Positions 37,996 through 51,021 of a DNA stretch of 64,000 nucleotides are shown one piece after another; position 1 is the stretch's first letter, and each line of letters opens with the position of its first letter. The notes below the pieces were generated by a model. That model was not told the origin of the DNA, searched no databases, and saw only the letters and a list, made by a program, of their open reading frames with translations. The position numbers were made by a program, and so were the translations under genes. The stretch covers positions 4,528,001 through 4,592,000 of the forward strand of contig CM075997.1 of assembly GCA_038087875.1 (NCBI GenBank), given 5' to 3'. Source of the DNA: Malacoraja senta (taxonomy: Eukaryota).

Positions 37996-39145
37996 TGTCC
38001 ATTCCACTTTTGTTTTACCTTCTCCCTTTGTGGCCGTCTCCCCAGTTTAGGTTAGGGTTGGTGTCAGGAGCTGTGCTAGGTGTTAACTTTATGTCAGTAA
38101 GTAAGTAAGTATATTGGCCAAGTATTCACATACAAGGAATTTGCCTTGGTGCTCCGCCCACAAGTAACAACATGACAATACAGTGACAGTTACGAATGAC
38201 TCAGAAAACACTAAACATTAATAATAATAAAACATTAATGATAAAACACCATTGATCAAGCATGCGAACCAACAAAATACCCTTTAGGATTAGTGTCTAG
38301 ACAGGCAGCACGATGGAGCAGTGATAGAGTTGCTGTCTTACAGCGCCAGAGACCCGACTACAGGTGCTGTCTGTATGGTGTTTGCACGTTCTCCCCGTGA
38401 CCTGCGTGGGTTTTCTCCGGGTGCTCCGGTTTCCTCCCACACTCCAAAGACGTGCAGGTTTGTACAGACATACAGACATAAAGGGGCAGGCCATCTAGGA
38501 CTGAGATGAGGAAAAACATTTTCACCCAGAGAGTTGTGAATCTGTGGAATTCTCTGCCACAGAAGGCAGTGGAGGCCAATTCACTGGATGCTTTCAAGAG
38601 AGAGTTAGATTTAGCTCTTAGGGCTAATGGAATCAAAGGATTTGGGGAGAAGGCAGGAACGGGGTACTGATTTAAGCGAATTTGAGTCCTGAAAAGCGCT
38701 ATATAAATAAAATCTATTATTATTATTATTATTCTGGATGATCAGCCATGATCGTATTGAATGGCGGTGCTAGCTCGAAGGGCTGAATGGCCTACTCCTG
38801 CACCTATTTTCTATGTTCCTATGTTTCCTCTGGTTGTGTTCAGCTGCGGGGGAGTTCAGTTCTCGTGTTCAGTTGTGTTCAGTTCTCTGGGAATTTCATC
38901 AAGGTGCAGATTATGGTGGATAAATCCCCAGGCCCGGCATGTGATCTATGCTCAGGGAAGCATGGTGGAGCTTGCTAAGGCTGTGACGAAGATTTCTCTA
39001 GCCTCCTTAGCCATGGGTGAGGTTTCAAAAGACTGTAATTAGTGAATGAATGAATGAATACGTTTTTGGCCAAGTATTCACATACAAGGAATTTGCCTTG
39101 GTGCTCCACCCGCAAGTGACAACGACATACAGTGACAGTAAAAGT

Positions 39146-39623
39146 CTGTACGAGGTAACTCAAGAGCTCTCCCGAGTTAAAAAAAAATAAAACTCGTGGT
39201 AAGCACGTAGAATGTACGTAGCGGGTATGTCGGAGCTCGAGACGTCTCTTATAGTATTTTCTATCTATCTTCGGTGTAAACTGACATCTGCAGTTCCTTC
39301 CTACACTTTTCTGTCCTGGGCCTCCTCCATTGCTGGAGTGAGGCCCACACACAAACTAGAGGAGCAGCATCTTGCTTTTCATTTGGGCAGCTTACACCCC
39401 ACTGGTATGAACATTGAATTCTCTAAAGGGCCTGTAACGCTAACGGCAGGTACTCGGGAAACGCGGTAAGCTCGGGAAGACTCGTGAAGATTTTTCAACA
39501 TGTTGAAAAATGTCCACGAGAGCCCCGAGTACCGACGAGCGGCCATTACCTTAATTCTCCGAGTTCAAATCAGGGGAAACTCGGGAGAACTCTTGAATTA
39601 GCTCGTACAGTGGGACAGCCCCA
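39146..39623. mobile_element. Harbinger-like MITE type A, interrupted by a Penelope fragment (~39252-39425)
   Basis: Matches 4925-5227; the insert encodes LSVLGLLHCWSEAHTQ/KLEEQHLAFHLGSLHP. Confidence 0.8.
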
Positions 39624-40173
39624 TAAGGAATGACTCATAAAACATTAAACATTAATAATAAAACATTATCGACTAAACATGTGAATTAAGTAAAATACCA
39701 GAGCAAAAGGAGGCTACAGATTTTTGGTTACTGTGTGATAGCCAATGTTATCCTCTTGTCCAAACAGGGCAGCAGAGATAAGCTTGAAAAATACATGTCA
39801 GAGAACCTCATGTCAGAGTTAGGAAAGTCATAGAGTTATACAGGCCCTTCGGCCCAACTTGTCCATTCTGACCCCTTGACTTTAACCCTAAAGTTGTGTC
39901 CTCGACTAACTGCGGTACTAACCCAGCGTAGTAGATAGATTTCTAAAACGAACTCACTATGCCCCACAAACACATCTCAACACTTATCCAAACCAGTAGC
40001 TCATTCAACTATTTATATCCACTTAAAAAAAAAATTGGAATCTGGCACCTGACTCCGAATCCAGCTCTCATTATAACCCTCGTTACGTGACAGAGACAAA
40101 AATAAACCCCTAAGTGGCGTGAAAGTGGACAAGAAGTGACAAATAATGAGAAAAAAAATGAAGGTGTAGCAAT

Positions 40174-40885
40174 GGGGCGGCACGGTGGCGCAGCGGTAGA
40201 GTTGCTGCCTCACAGCGCCAGAGACCCCAGGTTCAATCCTGCTGTCTGTACGGAGTTTGTACGTTCTCCCCGTGACCTGCGGGGGTTTTTTCCTAGATCT
40301 CCGATTTCCTCCCACACTCCAAAGACGTGCAGGTTTGTAGATTACTTGGCTTGGTGTAAAATGTAAATAGTCCCTAGTGTGTGTGTGTAGGATAGTTTTC
40401 ATGTGTGGGGATCGCTGGTCGGCGCGGACTCGGTGGGTCGAAGGGTCTGTTTCTGCGCTGTATCTTTAAACTAAACTAAAAGATGTCCTTTGTCATGGAG
40501 TGCCACAAATTTGTTTCCACTCCCAGAAGACTACAAAGATGGCTGACATGGGCTTGTGGCTCTGTTAGTTTAGGTTAGTTCAGTTTAGAGATACAATGCG
40601 GAAACAGGCCCTTCGGCCCACCGAGTCCGTGCCGACCAGTGATCACCCCGTACACTAGCACTATCCCACACACACACACTAGGGACAATTTACAATTTTA
40701 TCAAAGCCAATTAACCTCCAAACCTGTACGTCTTTGGAGTGTGGGAGGAAACCGGAGCACCCGGAGAAAAAACCCACGCAGGTCACGGGGAGAACGTACA
40801 AACTCCGTACAGACAGCACCCGTAGCCGGGATCGAACCCGGGACTCTGGCGCTGTGAGGCAGCAACTCTACCGCTGCGCCACCAT
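40174..40885. mobile_element. Tail-to-tail pair of HE1-like SINEs (+ 40174-40480; - 40565-40885)
   Basis: Two near-complete copies in opposite orientation about 85 bp apart. Confidence 0.9.
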
Positions 40886-41261
40886 GTCACACGATTTGTG
40901 GGATGGGCTTTGAATTAATGCTGAGGAAGAGAGGTGGGAATTGGTGGGTGGGATTGAGACGTAGAATCACACAGCATAGAAACAGGCCCTTCAGCCCAAC
41001 CTGCCCATGCTGACCAAGATGCTCCATCTACACTAGTCCCACCTGCCCACGTTTGGCCCATATCTCTCCAAACTTTTCCTATCCATGCACCCGTCCAAAT
41101 AAATCTTTGAAATGTTGATATAAACCTGCCTCAACTACCTCCTCTGTTATCTATGTTGCAACCAGCCTCTGTGAGAAAAGGTTGCCCTCTGTCAGGCTTG
41201 TAGGTTAAGAAGCATCTGTAAATTGCCCCTAGTGTGTGAAAGTGCTTAGTTTAGTGCTTAG

Positions 41262-41530
41262 GTTAGCTGGTGAGACGCAGGAGGAGCCCGGCCTGGACTC
41301 ACCCCACAGAGCCCAGTCCCTCCATGCACTAGAGTCTCCCAACCCCTGCAGAGTGGTTACTAAGATGGCTGATCCGTGGGCGGTTGTTGCTGGGACGCAA
41401 GTCGGGGCCTGATCAACCATGGCTGGATCGCCTGGGCGAGGGTGTCTGATGTTGTGAGACCCGAAACACCCGATGACCCCAGATCACATCAGTGAGGATG
41501 TGTCCCAGCGCATCTAGAAGATGTATCTTT
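41262..41530 (+). mobile_element. Internally deleted Hero-like (restriction-endonuclease non-LTR) element
   Basis: GETQEEPGLDSPHRAQSLH-like N-terminal piece joined to a 3' end gggcctgatcaacc..ggctggatcgcctgggcgagggtgtctgatg..gacccgaaacacccgatgacccc; family assignment from recall only. Confidence 0.45.
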
Positions 41531-41816
41531 CACAGTATTCTCACGTGTACCGAGGTGCAGTGAAAAGATTTTTTGTTGCGTGCTAACTCGTCAGTGAATA
41601 GACTATACGTGAAAACAATCATGCCGTGATTTGCCCCTTGTGTGTAGGGTGTGGAGGAGATAGTGGGACAATGCAGAACTAGTGTGAACGGGTGATGAAT
41701 GGTCAGCGTGGACTTTTAAAAAAGTGTTTTTAGTTTTGGAGTTATAGCGCGGAAACAGGCCCTTCGGCCCACCCAGTCCGCTCTGACCAGCGATCCCCGC
41801 ACACTAACACACCACT

Positions 41817-41960
41817 AAGAGAGGGAGAGAGAGAGAGAGAGAGGGAGAGAGAGAGGGAGAGAGGGAGAGAGAGGGGGAGAGAAGGAAAGAGGCAGAGAGG
41901 GAGAGAGGGGGGAAGGGGAGAGAGTGAGAAATGCAAAGAGTGGAGAGTGAAGAGAGAGTG

Positions 41961-41997
<37 letters not shown>

Positions 41998-42230
41998 TAA
42001 GAAAGAGAGCGAGACAGAGAGGAAAGATGAAAGAGAGGAGGAGAGAAAGAGGTGAGAAATAAGTGAAATGAAGAGAGAGGGAGAGAATAAAAGAGAAAGA
42101 GGGGGAGAAAGGAAAATGGGAAAAGAGAAAAAGGAAAGAGAAAAGAGAGAAAAACGAATGGGGGAGAAACGGAAAAAGAAAGACAGAAAGTAAAAGAGGA
42201 AGAAAGAAAGAAAGAAGAAGGAAGGAAGGT
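41817..42230. repeat. GA-rich polypurine low-complexity tract
   Basis: Direct. Confidence 0.95.
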
Positions 42231-43235
42231 CACAGCGGGGATGAAGAGGTTGTAGGGAAGAATTAGTTTAGTTTAGAGATACAGCGCGGAACAGGCCCTT
42301 CGGCCCACCAGCGATCCCCGCACACTAACACCACCCTACATACACGAGGGACAATTTACATCCATACCAAGCCAATTAACGTACAAACCTGTATGTCTTT
42401 TGAGTGTGGGAAGAAGACAAAGATCTCGGAGAAAACCCACGCCGGGTTTTCAAACTCCGTACAGACAAGCAGCCGTGGTCAGGATCGAACCTGGGTCTCT
42501 GGCGCTGTGAGGCAATAGCTCCAGCACTGTGCCACCGTGCTGCCACGACTTGGTGGGCCGAAGGGCCTGTTTCCCCGCTATATCTTTCAATCAAACAATC
42601 AAAAGTGGAATGTAGCCAGGAAGCAGTCTAAGGGCAAACTGGAGCCACACATCTCGTGTGGGATTATCTCAGCTCTGTTTACAAGGGCCGGAACCTTTAG
42701 AATTGAACAGACAGTCGTTCAATTCTACAACTGCTGGGAGAGCTTTATTGAGAGCTATAGGTCAAACCATCATATCAGGGGAATGTTCATAGAAATATGT
42801 ACCGCAAACCGCATAGATGTTTTAGTCAGCAAGCCGCAACATTAATAAAGGTGTAAATAGTGGCGCAGGGATCCAGAACAATTTTTTATTCTTTCACTAA
42901 AAACCACTGTGGTATAATTTCTAAAGCAAATTGTTTTATAAGAGTGAGGGAACAAGGATTGGAAGAATATACCGAGATATAAAGAGATCAATGGGATATA
43001 TTTATTTGCTGGGCTAAACATTTGTGGGACAGTAGAGTTGCTGCCTCACAGCGCCAGAGACCCCGGTTCGATCCTGACTACGGGTGCTGTCGGTACGGAG
43101 TTTGTACATTCTCCCCGTGACTGCGTGGGTTTTCTCCTGGGTGCTCCAGTTCCTGCCCACACTCCAAAGACGTGCGGGTTTGCAGGTGAATAGGCCTCGG
43201 TTAAAAAAAAAATTTCAAATGTCCCCAGTGTGTGC

Positions 43236-43704
43236 AGGGCCTGTCCCACTTGGCTGTCATTTGCGCCTCATTTACGTGTCATATGTAAAATAGGTCGACG
43301 TGTCGTGATGCGCGACGTCGCCGCAAATCACGCGTCAGCACAGCTGTCTGGTGCGCGTGACGTCATTAGAATACCCTGCGGCAGGACGTTGATGCACGGT
43401 GACGTAACCATGCCCCACCACGCGATACACATGAGACGTCGGGACGCCAGCGTACGACGCCAATTCGTCAGCGTGTGTACGCGATACGTCACGCAGGTGG
43501 CGCGCGAGGATTTCGTTCCTGTACTAAATCCTGGAGTGCCGCACGATACCGCGCGCCACCGCATACGATACCGCGCGCCACTGCATACGATTCCACGCCT
43601 CACCATGCGCAACGCATGAGCACCCCACGCGTCACGACACGTCGACCTAATTTACATATAATGCATAAATGAGGCGCAAATGACGGCCAAGTGGAACAGG
43701 CCCT
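43236..43704. mobile_element. Harbinger-like MITE type C inside a SINE (43030-43793)
   Basis: Collinear with 31421-32023 but with a single 21-bp unit. Confidence 0.87.
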
Positions 43705-44391
43705 TTAGTGTACGGGTTGATCACTGGTCGGGGCGGACTCAGTGGGCCGAACGGCCTGTCTCCGTGCTGTATCTCTCAACTAAACCACACTAAACATGGA
43801 GGCGCGTGGAGGTTTCCAGTCCAGGTTTGAGGGGTGGGGTTGAAGAGGTCAGGAGAGCGAAGGAGTGGATGGATTTCAACACGTATTTTAAAATGCAGGC
43901 CTTGTCTGACTGACATTGTGGTGTTGACTATCGGAGTCAGGAAGTCATGTCACAGCTTCATAAGACTTTGCTGAGGCTGTTGTGGAGTAGTGCGTGCAGT
44001 TCTGGCCGGCCCATTACAGGAAGGATTTGGAGGCTTTGGGGAGGGTGCGGTTTACCAGAAGGTTGCCTCGATCAGAGGGTATGTGGGGAAGTTGTAGAGA
44101 GACTTGTATTGTTTTCTCTCGAGTGCCAGAGGCTGAGAACAGATCTGATAGAAGTATATAAAATGATCTCGTTGACCAAAGTGCTTTACATCAGTGCAGG
44201 TACTAACTTGCTACATACAGTGGTACATAGATCTAACAATACATACATAAATACATACATACAGCGCTCCCTCACTGGACCTCAAGAAAGGCTTGAGAGT
44301 AGAAATAAGTTTTAAGCCTAGACTTAAAAGAGTTGATGGAGGGGGCAGATCTGATAGGAACAGGGCTGCTGTTCCATAGTCTAGTTGCTGC

Positions 44392-46083
44392 GAGTCATAG
44401 AGTGATACAGTGTGGAAACAGGCCCTTCAGCCCAACTTGCCCACACCGGCCAACATGTCCCAGCTACACTTGTCCCACCTGCCCGTGTTTGGTCCATATC
44501 CCTCCAAACCTGTCCTATCCATGTACCTGTCTAACTGTTTCTTAAACGTTGGGATAGTCCCAGCCTCAACTACCTCCTCTGGCAGCTCGTTCCATACACC
44601 CACCACCCTTGTGTGAACAAGTTACCCCTCAGATTCCTGTTAAATCTTTTCTCCTTCACCCTGAACCTATGTCCTCTAGTCCTCGATTCCCCTACTTTGG
44701 TCAAGAGACTCTTGCGGTATCTATCCGATCTATGTCAAAGACTAGAGGGCGTAGCTTTAAGGTGAGAGGGGCAAAGTTTAAAGGAGATGTGTGGGGCAGG
44801 TTTTTTACACAGAGGGTGGTGGGTGCCTGGAACGTGCTGCCAGGGGTGGTGGTGGAGGCAGATACAATAGTGGTGTTTAAGAGACTTAGACAGGCACATG
44901 GATATGCAGGGTATGGAGGGATACAGATCACGTTCAGGCAGAGGAGACTGGTTTAACTTGGCGTCATGTTCGGCATGGACATTGTGGGCCGAAGGGCCTG
45001 TTCCTGTGCTGTGCTGTTCTATGGTCAATTAAAGGCAATTCAGAACAGAATGGCTGGGAGTGACTGACAGAGTCTGACAAGGATATGCTCAGACCACCAC
45101 TTTGGAAGCAAATCCTTACACAAGGGAGAGGTAGTAGATGTTTAGGAGAATAAAGTCAGTCATAAAGCTGTACGGCATAGAAACAGGTCCATCAGCCCAA
45201 CTTGCCCATAAGTTCATACGTCATATGTTCATATGAATAAGTGGTAGGAGCAGAATTAGGCCATTCGGCCCATCAAGTCTACTCCGCCATTCAATCATGG
45301 CTGATCTATCTCTCCCTCCTAACCCCATTCTCCTGCCTTCTCCCCATAACCTCTGACACCTGCACTAATCAAGAATCTATCTATCTCTGCCTTAAAAATA
45401 TCCACTGAATTGGCCTCCACATCCTTCTGTGGCAAAGAATTCCCCCAATTCCCCACCTTCTGCCTGAAGAAATTCTCCTCATCTCCTTCCTAAAGGAACA
45501 TCCTTTAATTCTGAGGTTGTGACCTCTGATCCTAGACTCTCCCACTAGTGGAAACATCCTCTCCACATCCACTCTATCCAGGCCTTTCACTATTCTGTAC
45601 GTCTCAATGAGTTCCCCCCCCTCATTCTTCTAAACTCCAGCGAGTACAGGCCCAGTGCCGACAAACGCTCATCATAGGTTAACCCACTCATTCCTGGGAT
45701 CATTCTTGTAAACCTCCTCTGGACCCTCTCCAGAGCCGGCACATCCTTCCTCATAATCATCATAAGCATAATCATATTTTATTAGCCAAGTATGTTTTGC
45801 AACATACGAGGAATTTCATTTCAGATACGGTGCCCAGAATTGCTCACAATATTCCAGATGCGGCCTGACCAGTGCCTTATAGAGCCTCAGCATGACATCC
45901 CTGTTTTTGTACACAAGCCCTCTTGAAATAAATGCTAGCATTGAGTTTGCATTCTTTACTACCAATTCGACTTGCAGATTAAGTTTGTGGGAATCCTGCA
46001 CCAGCATTCCCAAGTCCCTTTGCACCTCCGATTTCTGGATTATCTCCCCATTTAGAAAATAATCTACGCCTTCATTCCTACTT
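44392..46083. mobile_element. Cluster of CR1 3' fragments (- 44392-44730; + 44725-45025; - 45205-46083)
   Basis: ORFs 45816..46025, 45590..45775, 45381..45590 and RVVGAWN motifs. Confidence 0.85.
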
Positions 46084-46089
46084 GTCTTT

Positions 46090-46400
46090 TAGTTAGGTTT
46101 AGAGACACAGCATGGAAACAGGCCCTTCGGCCCACCGAGTCCGCACCGACCAGCAATCCCCGCACACTAACACCATCCTACACACACTAGGGACAATTTA
46201 CACACACACCAAGCCAATTAACCTATAAACTAGCATGTCTTTGGAGTGTGGGAGGAAACCGGAGATCTTGGAAAAATCCCACGCAGGTCACGGGGAGAAC
46301 GTACAAACTCCGTACAGACAGCACCCGTAGTCGGGATCGAACCCGGGTCTCTGCCGCTGCAAACGCTGTAAGGCAGCAACTCTACCGCTGCGCCACCGTG
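46090..46400 (-). mobile_element. HE1-like V-SINE
   Basis: Complete reverse-complement copy. Confidence 0.9.
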
Positions 46401-46810
46401 GCCTTGGTGAGGTCACAACTGCAGAGCTCAGCACAGTCTTGCCCCTTAGCTCAGTAAATGTGTACTTACCACAGAGAGAGAGCAACGAAGATTCCTTTGA
46501 TTACTTCCAGAGATGCCGGATTTGCCCTCTGAGCAGAGTTTCAGCAGACTCGCTCCGAATTCCCCAGAGTTTAGAAGAATGAGAGGAGATATGTGTGAAA
46601 CGTACGCAATTCTCCCACAACTCAACGGCCTGAAAACAGGGAGGATTATTCTCCTGGCTGGCCGGCAGGGTGGCGCAGCGGTAGAGTTGCTGCCTCACAG
46701 CGCCAGAGACCCGGGTTCCATCCCGACTACGGGTGCTGTCTGTACGGAGTTTGCACCTTCTCCCCTTGCTAACCAGTTAGTGAAATGATTGCAATCGTGA
46801 TTACAATCAT

Positions 46811-46941
46811 GTTTTGGAAGGAACTGCAGATGCTGGAAAATCGAAGGTAGACAAAAATGCTGGAGAAACTCAACGGGTGAGGAAGCATCTATGGAGCGAA
46901 GGAAATAGGCAACGTTTCTGGTCAAGACCCTTCTTCAGACA
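46811..46941 (-). mobile_element. ~130-bp Penelope-end unit with 13-bp TSD
   Basis: TGATTACAATCAT at 46798-46810 and 46942-46954. Confidence 0.85.
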
Positions 46942-47373
46942 TGATTACAATCATCCTCTCCACAGTGTACAGATTAAGGATAAAGGGAATAACGTTGAGT
47001 GCAAGGTAACGTCCGATTGAAGATAGTTTGAAGGTCTCCAATGGGCTAGAAGGTCAGTCAGGACTGCTCTCTAGTTGGTGGTAGGATGTGTCAATGAACT
47101 AATCCTTGCACTAAATGTTATTCCCTTATCCATCCATACACTGTAAATGGCTCGATTGTAGTCATGAGAGGAATCGATCGGGTAGACGCACAGATTCTCT
47201 TGCCCAGAGTAGGGGAATCGAGGACCAGAGGACAGAGGTTCAAGGTGAAGGGGAAAAGATTTAATAGGAATCTGAGGGGTAACTTTTTCACACAAAGGGT
47301 GGTGGGTGGATGGAACAAGCTACCACAGGACGTAGTTGAGGCTTGGACTATCCCATCGTTTAAGAAGCAGTTA

Positions 47374-47611
47374 AGGGCCTGTCCCACTTTCACGATCTAA
47401 TTCACGACCTTTTTTACCCGTGGACATTTTTCATCAGGCTAGAAAAAACGCCCCGACCTACTTGATGCCACGAATACCTACGACTAACATCACGGCCTGC
47501 TACGACCTACCTACGACCTCCTACGACCTCGTGATGACCATGCTGCGAGTATGAGTCAAGGGCAAACTCGGCAGAGGTCGTGAATTAGGTCGTGAAAGTG
47601 GGACAGGCCCT
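47374..47611. mobile_element. Harbinger-like MITE type B inside a CR1 3' end (47162-47735)
   Basis: Reverse complement of 21590-21816; splits gcagTTAgacagg. Confidence 0.87.
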
Positions 47612-48519
47612 ATTAGACAGGTACATGGATAGGACAGGTTTGGAGGGATATGGACCAGGTGGGACTAGTGTAGCTGGGACATGTTGTGGGCAAGTTGGGC
47701 CGAAGGGCCTGTTTCCACTCTATGATTCTATAACTATGTATTGCCTTTCCGCTGACTGGATAGCACGCAACTAAAGCTGTTCACTGTACCTCGGTAGACA
47801 TGACAATAAACTAGACTAATAATGGCCAGATGCTGGCTTCTCCTCAGTTCCTGCTCAGTCCCTCAAGCGGATTAGAGTTTTTATAAAGAATTGACATGGT
47901 CAATTTATAAATTGATTTTATAAACTTAATTTAACACAGTGAATCAGTCTGCAAATGACCATGAAGTTCTTCCCAGTGGGCTAAGTATATGGAAAACTCT
48001 TGGAATTTGTTTTGCTGGGAGAGGGGGCGGCAGGATCCTGCCTCGGAGATAACTTTAACCCTTGAGGGTGCTGCAGTTCCGTGCCTGGGTGGTTTGTAGA
48101 TAGAGTCATAGAGTGATACAGTGTGGAAACAGGCCCTTCGGCCCAACTTGCCAACTATACTATACCAGCTATACTATACCCAGCTATACTAGTCCCAACT
48201 GCCTGCGCTTGGTCCATATCCCTCCAAACCTGTCCTATCCATGTAATCCATGGTGACCCCGGGAAAATCACCCTCTGACGGAAGCTCGGTCGGCACGGTG
48301 GTGCAGCGGGTAGAGCTGCTGCCTCACAGAGCCAGAGACCCCGGTTTTTGATCCTGACCGCAGTTGCTGTCTGTGCGGAGTTTGTACGTTCTCCCCGCGA
48401 CCTGCATGGGTTTCTTCTCTGGCCGTGGAGTCGTACGGCGCAGAAACAGGCCCTTCAGCCCATCTAGTCCATGCTGGACAAGCTGCCCCATCTCAGCTAG
48501 TTCCATTTCCTGCTTTCGC

Positions 48520-49487
48520 TCCAGTAGTAAAGAAAGCAAAGTCAATGTTAGCATTTATTTCCAGAGGGCTTGTATACAAACACAGGGATGTCACGCTGAG
48601 GCTCTATAAGGCACTGGTCAGGCTGCATTTGGAGTATTGTGAGCAATTTTGGGCACCGTCTCTGAGGAAGGATGTGCCGGCTCTGGAGAGGGTCCAGAGG
48701 AGGTTTACAAGAACGATCCCAGGAATGAGTGGGTTAACATATGATGAGCATTTGTCAGCACTGGGCCTGTACTCGCTGGAGTTTAGAAGAATGAGCGGGT
48801 ACCTCACAGTGGCGCAGCGGTAGAGTTGCTGCCTTACAGCGATACAGCGCCGGAGACCCGGGTTCGATCCCGACTGCGGGTGCTGTCCGTACCGAGTTTG
48901 TACGTTCTCCCCGTGACCTGCGTGGGTTTTCTCCGAGATCTCCGAGATCCTCCCACACTCCAACGAAGTACAGGTTTGTAGGTTAATTGGCTTGGTAAAT
49001 GTTAAAAATATATTGTCCCTAGTGGGTGTAGGATAGTGTTAATGTGCTGGTCGGCATGGACCCGGTGGGCCGAAGGGCCTGTTTCCGCGCTGTATCTCTA
49101 AACTAAACATCATTGAAATATATAGAATAGCAAAAGGCTTGGATAGAGTGGATGTGGAGAGGATGTTTCCACTAGTGGGAGAGTCTAGGACAAGAGGTCA
49201 CAGCCTCAGATTTAAAGGATGTTCTTTGAGGAAGGAGATGAGGAGGAATTTCTTTAGTCAGAGGGTGGTGAATCTGTGGAATTCTTTGCCACAGAAGGCT
49301 GCGGAGGCCAAGTCAGTGGATATTTTTAAGGCAGAGATAGATAGATTCTTGATTAGTACGGGTGTCAGAAGTTATGGGGAGAAGGCAGGAGAATGGGGTT
49401 AGGAGGGAGAGATAGATCAGCCATGATTGAATGGGGGAGTAGACTTGATGGGCCGAATGGCCTAATTTTACTCCTATTCCTTATGAC
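48520..49487 (+). mobile_element. CR1 3' fragment split by an HE1-like SINE (48807-49108)
   Basis: ORFs 48425..48823 and 49139..49402 are collinear across the SINE. Confidence 0.88.
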
Positions 49488-50339
49488 CCTGGTAATGTGC
49501 TCCCAAATGTCAAACAGGTGCAGGTTTGTAGGTTAATTGGTTTCTGTAAAGTGTCCCGGGTGTGGAGGATAGAACTGGTGAGAACGGGTGATTGCTGGTC
49601 AGCGCTGGCTTGGTGGGCCGAAGGGCCTGTTTCTCTAAACACTGTGTCTGGATTTACATCTGGCATGTCATGTACTATGCACGTAGCTTTAGAGGGCCAA
49701 ATGCAGGCAGGTGGGACTAGTATAGAAGGGGTATGTATGTTGGTCGGTGTGGGCAAGATGGGCCGAAGGGCCTGTTTCCACACCGTTTCTCATAGTGATA
49801 GAGCATGGAAACAGGCCCTTCGGCCCATCTTGCCAACATGCCCCAGCTACACTAGTCCCACCTGCCTGCGCTCAGTCCATATCCCTCCAAACCTGTCCTA
49901 TCCATGTACCTGTCCAACTGTTTCTTAAACTTTGCGATAGTCCCTGCCTCAACTACCTCCTCTGGCAGCTCGTTCTATACATAGATGGAAATTCAACATT
50001 TAATACCATATCTTAAAGGTGTTTAAGAAAGAACTGCGGATGCTGGAAAAATCGATGGTAGACAAAAATGCTGGAGAAACTCAGCGGGTCAGGCAGCATC
50101 TATGGAGCGAAGGAATAGGTGACGTTTCGGGTCGAGACCCTTCTTCAGACTGACGTGGAGGTGGGGGGGGGGGGGGGCGGGAAGAAGAAAGGAAGAGGCG
50201 GAGACAGTAGGCTGTGAGAAAGGCGAGGTGAAAGTTTAGTACTCAGTTGTAAAATTTGGCTTGGAGCATCGAAGAAACAGCATAGGAACAGGCCCTTCTG
50301 CCCAAAATGTCCATGCTTGACACGAGGCCTGATTTGTTT

Positions 50340-50625
50340 GGCACGGTGGCGCAGCGGTAGAGTTGCTGCCTCACAGCACCAGAGACCCGGGTTCGATCCT
50401 GACTACAGGTGCTGTCTGTACGGAGTTTGTACGTTCACGCCGTGACCACGTGGGTTTTCTCCAGTTTCCTCCCACACTCCAAAGGCGTACTGGTTTGCAG
50501 GTTAATTGGCTTGGTATAAATGTGAATTATTCCTAGTGTGTGTAGGATAGTGTTAGCGTGCGTGGTGATCGCTGGTCGGCGCGGACTCCGTGGTCTAAAG
50601 GGCCCGTTCCCACGCTGTATCTCTA
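50340..50625 (+). mobile_element. HE1-like V-SINE
   Basis: Head, V-domain and tail. Confidence 0.88.
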
Positions 50626-50888
50626 ATGTCTAAAGTCTAAGGTGAAGGGGAAAAGATTTATTAAAAATCTGAGGGGTAACATTTTCACACAAGGGGTGGT
50701 GGGTGTATGGAACAAGAGAGGTGGTTGAGGCTGGGACTATCCCAACGTTTAAGAAACCAGTTTGGACAGGTACATGGATCGGACGGGTTTGGAGGGATAC
50801 GGGCCAAATGCAGGCAGGTGGGACTGGTGTCGCTGGGATATGTTGGTGGGCGAAGGGCCTGTTTCCATGCTGTATCACTCTATGACTC

Positions 50889-51021
50889 CTGGAGTCTGAA
50901 GAAGGGTTTCGACCCGAAACGTTGCCTATTCCCTTCGCTCATAGATGCTGCCTGTCCCGCTGAGTTTCTCCAGCATTTTGTCTACCTTCGATTTTCCAGC
51001 ATCAGCAGTTCCTTCTTAAAC
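50889..51021 (+). mobile_element. ~133-bp Penelope-end unit with 15-bp TSD
   Basis: ATCACTCTATGACTC at 50874-50888 and 51022-51036. Confidence 0.85.

Noticed and set aside
41440..41475. Hammerhead in the Hero-like 3' end (ctgatgtt...cccgaaac)
   Set aside because: CUGAUGU breaks the CUGANGA core, and there is no helix II or NUH site in the right place.
41742..42233. 163-aa S/L/F-rich ORF, and similar ORFs at 54915-55173 and 62117-62493
   Set aside because: Low-complexity purine/pyrimidine tracts.
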